64,000 nt of DNA from an uncultured Acidobacteriota bacterium. Lineage in GTDB: Bacteria > Acidobacteriota > Thermoanaerobaculia > Multivoradales > JAGPDF01. The position numbers were made by a program, and so were the translations under genes. Of this stretch, positions 28,419 to 39,247 are shown one piece after another (position 1 is the first letter of the stretch; each line of letters begins with the position of its first letter). The notes beneath the pieces are model-generated. The model worked only from the letters and a program-made list of their open reading frames with translations. It was not told the origin of the DNA and did no database searches. The DNA is taken from contig CAWDOT010000003.1 of the NCBI GenBank assembly GCA_963803995.1, forward strand, positions 3,822-67,821, in the 5' to 3' direction.

Positions 28419-29617
28419 GGCGCGACTCCGGACGGGGTTCTGGGACAGAGCGCCGCCAGCTCGGCGGCGGCGAGCGCGCGCTCGGCGCGGGTGTCGATCG
28501 CCGCTTCGCGCGCGGCGAGCAGCTGACGGCGCAGCGGCAGTGCGTCGGAGGGCCGCGACCTGCCTTCGGCGAGGCGCGCTTCGAGGGCCGTGACGCCGGC
28601 GGCGAGCTCGTCGTCTCCGCTGCGGGGGGCGGTACCGGCGAGCCGCGCGCGCGCCGCCTCCCGGCGGGCGGCCAGCCGGGCGAGCTCGAGCTCCGTCGCG
28701 CGCCGCTCCGCCGCGGCCGCCGCCGCGCGCAGCTCGTCGAGCGCCAGCCTCTCGCCGCGCGGCGGGAAACGGTACGCGAGCCCCAGGCGGGCGACGTCTT
28801 CGTCGCCCTCGCGCGCGAGATCGCTCGCCAGCGCCCAGCGCGCGCTCTCGGCGCGGGTGGCGAGCCCGGCCTCGGCGATCGCCAGATCGGCGCGGGCGCG
28901 CGCCGCGCGCTCGAGCTCCGAGCTCCCGGCGCCGGGAGAACAGGCGGGCGGCTCGGTCGGCGGCGAGAGGCGCAGGTCGCCTCCGGGCAGAGGCACGAGC
29001 GCCGAGAGCGCCTCGCGCGCGGCCGCGACCGCGCCTCGCGTCCGCTCGAGCTCGAGCGCCGCGCGATCCCGTTCGCCGCCGACCAGGGTCGCTTCGTAGG
29101 CGGGGTCGGCCCCCTCCGCGACCCTGCGCCGGGTCGCGGCGAGCCAGCGCTCGACGAGCGCCAGATCCTCGGCGCGCAGCGTCGCGAGCGCGTCGAGCCG
29201 CCAGAGCTCGCCGTACGCCGTGGCGAGAGTGAGCTCGGCCTCGGCGCCCGCAGCGGCGCGCAGCAGCGGCTCGGCCGCCGCGAGCGCCTCGGCGAGCGCC
29301 CGTTGCTCGGCGCGCGCCCCGAGGATCGGCAGCTCCAGGCCGACCGCGACGTCGGTACGGGTCTCCCCGCCTTCGAACCGTCGGGGCCCCGCCGCCACGG
29401 AGAGTTGCGGCCCGCCGAGCACCGGCCCGGACGATCGCGCCAGGACCCTGCGGGCGGCCGCCAACCGCTCCTCGGCCTCGAGCTCGGCCGGATGAGGCCG
29501 GCGCGCGGCAGCGAGCTCGGTGAACGCGACCGGCGCTGCGGTCCCGACCTCGGCGCCGATCGGCGCCGGCATCCCGGCGAGCGCCAGCGCGCCCGCCAAC
29601 AGAGTGCTTCGCTGCAT
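28415..29617 (-). CDS. TolC/CzcC-like outer-membrane efflux protein
   Basis: Signal peptide, helical repeats with beta segments (VGLELPI), first gene of a CBA operon. Confidence 0.75.
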   Translation of the reverse strand: MQRSTLLAGALALAGMPAPIGAEVGTAAPVAFTELAAARRPHPAELEAEERLAAARRVLARSSGPVLGGPQLSVAAGPRRFEGGETRTDVAVGLELPILGARAEQRALAEALAAAEPLLRAAAGAEAELTLATAYGELWRLDALATLRAEDLALVERWLAATRRRVAEGADPAYEATLVGGERDRAALELERTRGAVAAAREALSALVPLPGGDLRLSPPTEPPACSPGAGSSELERAARARADLAIAEAGLATRAESARWALASDLAREGDEDVARLGLAYRFPPRGERLALDELRAAAAAAERRATELELARLAARREAARARLAGTAPRSGDDELAAGVTALEARLAEGRSRPSDALPLRRQLLAAREAAIDTRAERALAAAELAALCPRTPSGVAP

Positions 29618-29687
29618 GGAATCCTCCCCGCAACGCGCCCTGCGGCGCGCGGTCGAATCGATCGTCCGGAGTCGAGACCGAAGACGA

Positions 29688-29951
29688 CTAGTCGCGGGGG
29701 AGCGGCACCGGCTCGGGTACGCCGCGGGGCGGAGTGCAGCGGCGGATCGGGTACCCGGAGACCGCGACCGCGGTGGTGGAGGCCCGCACGCCCGGCGCGT
29801 CGGCGGGCGCGATCGCGGCGCCGAGGCAGAGCCCGCAGTCGCCACAGCCGGGCTCGCACTCGTCTTCGCAACCGCCGGCGGCCGCGAGCGCGGCGATCGG
29901 CGCGACGAGCGCGAGCAGCATCAGGAGCGCGAGAGCGCGGCGCCCGGTCAT
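29688..29951 (-). CDS. Small Cys-rich leader protein (DUF2946/CzcI-like) upstream of RND operon 1
   Basis: Signal-like N-terminus, CEDECEPGCGDCGLC, Pro-rich end PPRGVPEPVPLPRD; TAGACT -10 at 29960-29965. Confidence 0.65.
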   Translation of the reverse strand: MTGRRALALLMLLALVAPIAALAAAGGCEDECEPGCGDCGLCLGAAIAPADAPGVRASTTAVAVSGYPIRRCTPPRGVPEPVPLPRD

Positions 29952-30006
29952 GGCGGCCGAGTCTAGCCGATGCCCGGGCGGCGCACCGGGGTGCCGGAAG
30001 ATGCTC

Positions 30007-30039
30007 TTATACGCTCGTCGCAATAAGTTAGCGTATAAT
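30007..30039 (+). promoter_or_regulatory. 9-bp inverted repeat overlapping a TATAAT -10 box
   Basis: TTATACGCT (30007-30015), 14 nt, AGCGTATAA (30030-30038); TATAAT 30034-30039; ATG at 30046. Confidence 0.7.
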
Positions 30040-30045
30040 TCGCAC

Positions 30046-31056
30046 ATGGCCAGCGCCCGCCTGCCCGCGACCGTCACGACGGTCTACGCCGAGTTGCTCG
30101 ACCAGGCGCTCGCGGTCGAGCGTCTCGAGAACGCTGCGGGAGCGCTGCCGGGCGGGCCCGTCGCCAAGGAGATCCGCGGCCGGCGCTACCTCTACTGGCA
30201 GATCCGCAGAGGGAACCGGACCGCGCAGCGTTACCTCGGCCCGGACGCGCCGGAACTGCGCGCCGAACTGGACCAGAGGCTTGCCGAGCGGGAGAGTCTC
30301 GCCGCGGATCGGGAAGCGCTCGCCCGGCTCGCGACGATGGCGGTGCGCGGCGGCGCGTTGCGCGAGGAGACGGCGGTGGCCGAGGTGCTCGCTCTCCTCG
30401 CGGACCTCGGGCTCTTCCGGCGCGGGGGGGTGCTGATCGGAACCCAGGCCTATCGCGTCTACGGCAACCTGCTGGGAGTGACGGTGCCGGCGGCCGCGCT
30501 GCGCACGCAGGACATCGACGTCGCCCACGATCTGGCGATCGCCCTCGCGAGCTCCGCAGAGCCTGCGCCTCCCGTGGCCGAACGCCTCGCCGGTCTCGGA
30601 TTCCTCCCGGTACCCGGCCTCGATCCGCGCGAGCCGTCGACCTCGTTCAAGGTCCGCGGCCGCGACCTGCGGGTCGACTTCCTCGCCCCCGCGCGCTCGC
30701 GGGCGCGCCCCGGACTGGTGCGGATCGAGTCGCTCGGCCTCTCGGCACAGGCGCTGCCGATGCTCGACTACCTGATCGAGGAGCCGGTACCCGCGGTGGT
30801 GCTGTCGAATCGCGCGGTCCTGGTGCGGGTGCCCCGACCCGGCCGCTACGCGCTGCACAAGCTCTGGACCGCGGGCGAGCGCCCGGTCTCGGAGAGCGCC
30901 AAGGCGCGCAAGGACCGTGCGCAGGCTGCCGCGCTGATCGCGCTGCTCGAGTCCGAGCGCCCCGGCGACCTGGACGAAGCCTGGGCCGCGCTGGCGCGGA
31001 GGCCGAAGGCCCACCGCGTGGTGCAGCGAGAGGCGAAGCGCCTGGCGGCTGGCTGA
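30046..31056 (+). CDS. GSU2403-like nucleotidyltransferase-fold protein
   Basis: N-terminal GRRYLYWQ...RYLGP; GVLIGTQAY, TQDIDV, RVDFLAP, VPRPGRYALHKL, KARKDRAQA. Confidence 0.8.
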   Translation: MASARLPATVTTVYAELLDQALAVERLENAAGALPGGPVAKEIRGRRYLYWQIRRGNRTAQRYLGPDAPELRAELDQRLAERESLAADREALARLATMAVRGGALREETAVAEVLALLADLGLFRRGGVLIGTQAYRVYGNLLGVTVPAAALRTQDIDVAHDLAIALASSAEPAPPVAERLAGLGFLPVPGLDPREPSTSFKVRGRDLRVDFLAPARSRARPGLVRIESLGLSAQALPMLDYLIEEPVPAVVLSNRAVLVRVPRPGRYALHKLWTAGERPVSESAKARKDRAQAAALIALLESERPGDLDEAWAALARRPKAHRVVQREAKRLAAG

Positions 31057-31074
31057 GCTCGCGGTTCTTCGCGG

Positions 31075-31199
31075 CGCTCGCCGGCACCCTGGCGGAAGAA
31101 GGCGATCCGCGCCGGCGTTCCGGCGGTCAGGATGGCGCGGTTCGGGTGGTAGCCGCGCTGGACGACGATCTCGACTTCCTGCGGGGTCTTCTCGGTCAT
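31075..31199 (-). pseudogene. Truncated cupredoxin-domain (CupA-like) gene
   Basis: GAGGAG RBS, then MTEKTPQEVEIVVQRGYHPNRAILTAGTPARIAFFR; similarity ends after about 40 codons at the end of the convergent NTase gene. Confidence 0.6.
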
Positions 31200-31274
31200 G
31201 GCTGCTCCTCTCGTTGGCCTGCAAGAGAGCAGACGGAAGCCTCGCTAGGTCCTTACAGCCCGGCCGCGGCCCGC

Positions 31275-32144
31275 TCAGCCGCGGACGGTGACCGCCCCGC
31301 GCAGGGTCAGGCGCAGCCCGGTGCCCGCGGGCAGCTCGATCGTCTCGCCCTTGGTCGCGGCCGCGACGCCGGTGCCGGCCGCGCCGCCGAGCACGCCGCC
31401 GATCACCTTGCCACGGTCGTTCCTCTTCGACTGGTTGCCGAGGATGATGCCGATCGCGGTTCCGGCGGCGATGGTCGCGGCGTCCTTGCCGGTCTCGCTC
31501 TTGCCCACGCGCGCGAAGTGCGCGGCGATCGGAACCTCGCGGCCGTCGACGACGGCGGTGTCGAGCGAGAAGGAGAGGCGTGCCTGGCCGCCGATCTTGG
31601 CGAGCGCGTGCGCCTCGGTGACGCGCCCAGCGACGCGCGTGCCGGCGGGCAGCGCGACCCGGCCCTCGACGACGACCGCTTCGGTCAGCTCGGCGCTGAC
31701 GCCGTCGCCGACCTGCGCGGTCTGGCTCGACAGCGGCGCGGTCAACGCGAGCGAGAGCTGCGTGCCGTCGGGCACGGTCACCGGCGTTGCGGGTTGCGGC
31801 GCAGGCGCCGCCGGCGCGCTCTCCGCCGGACGCGTCTCCTCCTGCGTCCAGCGCTCGCCTGCCGGACGCTCCGTCGCCGCGGGGCGGCTCGGCGCCGCAG
31901 CCGGAGGCCGATACGCCGGACGTGGCGTCGCGGCGACCGGCGCGGGCGCGGCGGGAGTCGTCGCCGCCGATGTCCCGGGCGCCGGGCTGGCCGGCGCGGC
32001 AGCGACCGGCTCCACCTGGCCCAACTCGGGCCGCGCCGTCGCGCCGCCGCCGGTGCCGCGGCCGAGCAGGAATCCGATCAGGACGGCGAGCACCGCCACG
32101 GCGGCGCCCACCGCGATGTTTCTCTGGGTGCGAACGTCGGTCAT
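31275..32144 (-). CDS. Membrane-anchored Pro/Ala-linker protein with TrbI/VirB10-like and glycine-zipper C-terminus
   Basis: TM helix, PA-rich linker, TVPDGTQL, LSSQTAQVGD, LPAGTRVAGRV, GGVLGGAAGTG; AGGAG RBS. Confidence 0.7.
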   Translation of the reverse strand: MTDVRTQRNIAVGAAVAVLAVLIGFLLGRGTGGGATARPELGQVEPVAAAPASPAPGTSAATTPAAPAPVAATPRPAYRPPAAAPSRPAATERPAGERWTQEETRPAESAPAAPAPQPATPVTVPDGTQLSLALTAPLSSQTAQVGDGVSAELTEAVVVEGRVALPAGTRVAGRVTEAHALAKIGGQARLSFSLDTAVVDGREVPIAAHFARVGKSETGKDAATIAAGTAIGIILGNQSKRNDRGKVIGGVLGGAAGTGVAAATKGETIELPAGTGLRLTLRGAVTVRG

Positions 32145-32308
32145 GTCGCTCTCCTTTCCGTGCGCGGGAGAGGAGTGCAAACCGGGGACCACCACGGCGC
32201 CCGGAATGTGGAGTCGCTCACACCGCGCGGGACTGCGGACGCAGGTCGCACGCTCGATGCACTCGAGCACCGCGGCGAGATGAGGTCCTTCGAGATCGAG
32301 TCGACCGG

Positions 32309-33348
32309 TCAGGGACCTGCAGCCGACCAGTGCCGGATGTCGCCGCTCTCGAAATCCTCGAGGTGGATCAGCGCGGCGAGATCGTCGGGGACCCGAACCT
32401 CCAGGCCGTCGGCGAGAACCGTGTCGCGATCGAGCTGGTGGGCCGGGAAGACGCCGGTCTCGTAGACCGAGCCCTCGGCGAGGCCGTCGCGACCGCGGCC
32501 GCGCACTGCGACGACCTCGAAGTGGAGGACATCCTCGACGTCCAGGAAGTAGTCGTAGGGATGCCCCAGGGATCGAGCTCCGGCACGTAGGGGACGTAGT
32601 AGAAAGTGCAGCTCTCGATCAGGAGCGATCGCAGATCCGCCGCGCTGATCGGCGGGAAGAGCCCGAGATCGACCGCCTCGCCGAGCAAGGCTCCGGTCCG
32701 GCTGACTTGATCGATGACCCAGCTCAGCATCCCCGCGCTCATCATGGCGATCTCCCGCTGCGCGCGGTCCAGACGCGAGCGTGGATCGAGCAGCGCCGGC
32801 CCCGGCCGCCGCAGCCAGGACAGGTCGAGCACCACGAGGTCTTCCTTCAACGTCGTCGTGTCCGCTCGTTCGTAGAGGGTGCCCTCGAATGTTGCGTCCG
32901 CTCCGGCGCTCCGGACCACGGCGACATGTGGCGCGAGCGGATTGGTGACGGCGAGACGGAACTCATACGGGTTCCCCCAGCCGTCGAGCTCGGGCGGCGT
33001 GTCGAGATAGACCGGAACCAGCAGTGCCTCGAGCACCGGGTACTTGATCGCCGGGACCGTGGTGACGTCGAACGGGTCGTCGCAGCCGGTTCCCGCGCGC
33101 GACAGCGGTCGGCTCACCTGGTCCGATAGCCAGGCGCCGATGCCGTCGCGGATCGTCCTCAGGCCTGCCTGCGTGATCCGGAGCGGCTCCATTTCGGCCG
33201 GTGCGATGGCGGCCGGCGGGATGGCGGCGGGCGGGATGGGGTTGGCCGGGCGGGGCGCCGCGACCGCGAGCGCGAGGATCGCCGCGACCATCGGAGAGAA
33301 ACTCCGCGGGCGAAGGAGAGACAGGCGAGCGCTGGGAGGGGGCGACAT
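32309..33348 (-). CDS. Secreted protein with two tandem GspG-like pseudopilin head domains and EDFESGD..W tail (frameshift near 32565)
   Basis: Repeats WLSDQVS/WVIDQVS, PELDGWGNPYEF/PELDPWG(H)PYDY, RSAGADATFEG/RGRGRDGLAEG. One extra G in a G-run joins ORF 32368..33522 to the frame of 32309..32506. Start uncertain. Confidence 0.65.
33205..33239. repeat. 15-bp tandem repeat (~2.3 copies) encoding IPPAA
   Basis: GATGGCGGCCGGCGG GATGGCGGCGGGCGG GATGG. Confidence 0.6.
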
Positions 33349-33429
33349 CGAGGCACCACGAGAGCCTCGAAGCAGATTACACCCGAAGCCCGTCAGAGCC
33401 AGCCCCTGCGCAGCCGCAGCGCGTTGCGA

Positions 33430-33610
33430 TCGACCTTCGGCCGGGAGCCGCGCAACGACGTAGGCCCTCGGGTCGGGCCGCACCCCGGCGATCACCTCGT
33501 CGAGTCCGAGATCTCTCGCCACCGCCGCCGCGATGCGCTAAGGGTCGCCGGTCAGAATGACGACCCGAATCCCCTCGACGTGGAGGGCGTGGATCGCCGC
33601 CGGCGGCGTC
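33430..33610 (-). pseudogene. Degenerate fragment of a P1B-type ATPase (copA-like P-domain)
   Basis: Reads AIHALHVEGIRVVILTGD* then ARDLGLDEVIAGVRPD...VVARLPAEGR; aligns by eye with 34685-34870. Confidence 0.75.
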
Positions 33611-33613
33611 GCC

Positions 33614-34042
33614 TCAGAGCCGGACCAGGTGAGCCGCGCTCGCTCCTTCGACGGCCGCGAGCGGGATCGCGCCGTCGAAGGTGACGAGGCGGCCGCCGTG
33701 GGCGACGGCGAGGGCGAGGAGGTAGGCATCCGTCACCTGACGCGGCCCGTGGAGAAGCCTGCGATCGATCGCGCGCGCGTCGAGCAGGCTCGCGTCGCAG
33801 GGCCAGAAGGCGTGGTGCGCACCGCGCGCCGCGCGGGCGAGACGATCGATCGCGGTGGCGACCGGCACCGGGCTCGGATAGCGCGGCTGGCTCACGACGC
33901 GCACGAAGCCGTTCTCGGTGATCGCGCAGGAAGCCCAGCCCGCGGCGATCTCTGCTTCCAGCCAGGCGCGGGCGCGGCGGTGGTCGGCGTGGTCGGCGTC
34001 GAGCAGCGCGACGAGGACGTTGACGTCGAGGAGAGCCCTCAC
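33614..34042 (-). CDS. vapC: VapC PIN-domain toxin
   Basis: GTG start; ALLDVNVLVALLD, CAITENGFVRV, QVTDAYLLALA, LVTFD. Confidence 0.9.
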   Translation of the reverse strand: MRALLDVNVLVALLDADHADHRRARAWLEAEIAAGWASCAITENGFVRVVSQPRYPSPVPVATAIDRLARAARGAHHAFWPCDASLLDARAIDRRLLHGPRQVTDAYLLALAVAHGGRLVTFDGAIPLAAVEGASAAHLVRL

Positions 34043-34284
34043 CCCTCCGGCTCCTCCTCGCGCAGGCGGTCGATCAGGTCGTTCGAGACCACGGCCCCGC
34101 GCCGCGGCAGCGGTTCGAAGCCGTAGAAGCTCTCCGGTTCGGCGACCTCGGTCGAGGGCGCGCTTCCGGTGAGCGCCTGTCGCGCGAGCTCGGAGAGAAC
34201 GGCGCCGGCGCTCCGGCGCTCCCGCCGCGCCCGCTCCTTGGCGGCCAGCAGGACGTCTTCGTCGATGTCCAGCGTGGTGCGCAT
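34039..34284 (-). CDS. vapB: VapB-type (CopG/RHH) antitoxin
   Basis: MRTTLDIDEDVLLAAKERA, GAVLSELARQAL, VSNDLIDRLRE; stop overlaps the vapC start. Confidence 0.88.
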   Translation of the reverse strand: MRTTLDIDEDVLLAAKERARRERRSAGAVLSELARQALTGSAPSTEVAEPESFYGFEPLPRRGAVVSNDLIDRLREEEPEG

Positions 34285-34312
34285 GCATCATGATGCTGAC
34301 GCATCACGATGC
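34285..34312. promoter_or_regulatory. Tandem palindromic operators for vapBC-2
   Basis: GCATCATGATGC (34285-34296, perfect) and GCATCACGATGC (34301-34312) directly upstream of the ATG. Confidence 0.75.
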
Positions 34313-34320
34313 CGCTCGCG

Positions 34321-36875
<2,555 letters not shown>

Positions 36876-37047
36876 GGCGTCGAGGGCTCCTCTCTCACCG
36901 GCGCAGACGGAGCGCGCCGGCCGACCTTACAGCGGCTCGCGCGCGGCCCCCCCACGCGGCGGGGGGGCTGCTGCGAGGGCCCTTGCCCCCCGCCACGACT
37001 GTGGCAACCTGCGCGCTTCATCCACAGTCGGCAGGGAGGACAACGCC

Positions 37048-38686
37048 ATGCGTACCCGCTGGATTCCCCTGGCATCCGCCGTCGTCGCGGTCGCTCTCGT
37101 ACCCGCCGCACCCGCGGTCGCGGATCATGGCGACGAGGGCTCCGGCCACGGCATGGTCGAGTTCGCGAACAGCTGCTCGTCCGCCGTGCAGCCCCGCCTC
37201 CTGCGCGCGGTCGCGCAGCTCCACTCGTTCGGCTTCGAGTTCGCCCGCGCCGGCTTCGAGGCCGTCGCCGCGGAGGATCCGGCCTGTGGCATGGCGTACT
37301 GGGGGATCGCCGCCACCTGGTACCACCCGCTCTGGGCGGCGCCGACGCCGGCCGAGCTCGCGGCGGGGCGCGCCGCGGCGCAGAAGGGGGCGGCGGTCGG
37401 GCGCCGGCAGCGAGCGCGAGAAGGCCTGGATCGCGGCGATCGGCGCCTTCTACGCCGACTACGAGACCACCGACCACGCCACGCGCGCCGGGCGCTATCG
37501 CGACGCGCTCGCCGCGATCGCCGAGCGCTATCCGGACGACCACGAGGCGCGCATCTTCGAGGCGCTGCTCCTGCTCGGCACCGCGCCGCCGCGCGACACC
37601 ACCTACGCGCAGCAGAAGAAGGCGGTCGAGATCCTGACGCCGCTGGTCGCCGAGCACCCCGAGCACCCCGGCGTCGCGCACTACCTGATCCACTCGCTCG
37701 ACTATCCGTCGCTCGCCAACCTCGCGCTCGACGCGGCGCGCCGCTACGCGCGCATCGCGCCGAGCTCGGCGCACGCGCTGCACATGCCGTCGCACATCTT
37801 CGTCCGCCTCGGCCTCTGGCCCGAGTCGATCGCTTCCAACCTCGACTCGTCCGGCTCGGCGCACTCGGTGCGCAGCCTCTACCCGGAAACCGCCTCCTTC
37901 GACGAGCTCCATGCCCTCGACTACCTCGCGTACGCCTACCTGCAGACCGGGCAGGACGCCGAAGCGAAGGCGGTCGCGGCGCGCGCGGCGGCGCTGTTCG
38001 ATCCGAAGAAGCCGCCGCAGTTCGCCGCCTACTACGCCCTCGCCGCCATTCCGGTGCGCCTCGCGCTCGAGCGCGGCGACTGGGCGGCCGCGGCCCGGCT
38101 GCCGGATCCGATGCCGCCGGAGGCGCTCTCGCGCATCTCCTACGTCGCGGCGATCCCGGCCTACGGCCGGGCCATCGGCGCCGCGCGCAGCGGCGACCTG
38201 GCGCGCGCCGAGGCCGAGATCGCCCGGCTCGCGGAGCTGCAGGCGAAGCTCGCCGCCACTCCGCCGCCGGGACCCTACGACTGGGCCGGACACGTCGAGG
38301 CGACCCGCCTCGCGGCCGCCGGGCTGCTGGCGCACGCCAGGGGAGCGAACGACGAGGCGGTCCGGCAGCTGACCGCCGCCGCCGAGCTCGACGCCAGGGT
38401 CGGCAAGAGCCCCGTGACCCCGGGCACGGTGCTTCCGCCGCGCGAGCTGCTCGCCGACCTGCTGCTCGAGCTCGGCCGCCCCCGCGAGGCGCTGGCCGCC
38501 TACGAGGCCGACCTGGTCGAGGCGCCCAACCGCCTGCGCGCCCTCTCCGGCGCCGCGCGCGCCGCCGAGCGCGCCGGCCTGCCCGAGCGTGCCCGTACGC
38601 TCGAGACCCAGGTCGCGTCGATCGCCGTGCCCGGCGCCGACCGCCCGGAGGTCGTCCGCGCCCGCGCCGCGCTGAAACGCGACTGA
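37048..38686 (+). CDS. Secreted TPR-like protein with His-rich motifs (frameshift near 37400)
   Basis: GGAGG RBS, signal peptide, AQLHSFGF, DPACGMAYWG, HPGVAHYLIH, HALHMPSHIF. Confidence 0.8.
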
Positions 38687-38701
38687 GGGCGGAGGATCGG
38701 C

Positions 38702-39193
38702 TCAGGCGCCGATCTTCTCCACCTTGTCGCCGCAGCGGAGCATCGCCTTGCCGTAGTAGGGATTGGCGACCGGCTCCGACGCCTGCAACCAGTAGCCGTC
38801 GGCCATCGGGCAGTAGTAGAGCGACCAGCCCGGCGTCGCCGTGGCGCGGAGGTAGGCGTCCATGGCCTTCGAGAAGTCCTTGAACTGCGCGCGCAACGCG
38901 GCGACGTCCTTGCCGTTCACCTTGCCCGCCGCCGCGGCGATCGCCTCGAGCGCGGCCTTCTCCGCCGCGGAGACCCCGCCGGCCTTCGCCGCCGCGCCGG
39001 TGTCCGCGGCGACCCTCGCCGCCTTCTCCGCCACGCCGGCCGTCGAGTCCGCCACCAGCGCAGCCGCCATCTCGTAATAGCTCGCGAGCACCTTCCCCCC
39101 GAGCTCCTGGCCCGCGGCCGCAGCGGGCGTCGCGCCCGCGATCGCCATCGCCGCAACCGCCACCACGCCCGCACCGAACATCGATCGCTTCAT
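38702..39193 (-). CDS. DUF3347-family periplasmic metal-binding protein
   Basis: Signal peptide; YYCPMA, WLQ, NPYYGKAMLRCG; follows cusA. Confidence 0.8.
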   Translation of the reverse strand: MKRSMFGAGVVAVAAMAIAGATPAAAAGQELGGKVLASYYEMAAALVADSTAGVAEKAARVAADTGAAAKAGGVSAAEKAALEAIAAAAGKVNGKDVAALRAQFKDFSKAMDAYLRATATPGWSLYYCPMADGYWLQASEPVANPYYGKAMLRCGDKVEKIGA

Positions 39194-39247
39194 CTGCCTT
39201 CCCCTTCTATGGAGCTGTTCGCTCCGGTTGTCGTCTTCGCCGCGGCG

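Noticed and set aside
31275-32144. Conjugation (T4SS) locus from the VirB10/TrbI-like domain
   Set aside because: No other T4SS, relaxase or coupling genes; this is a standalone envelope protein.
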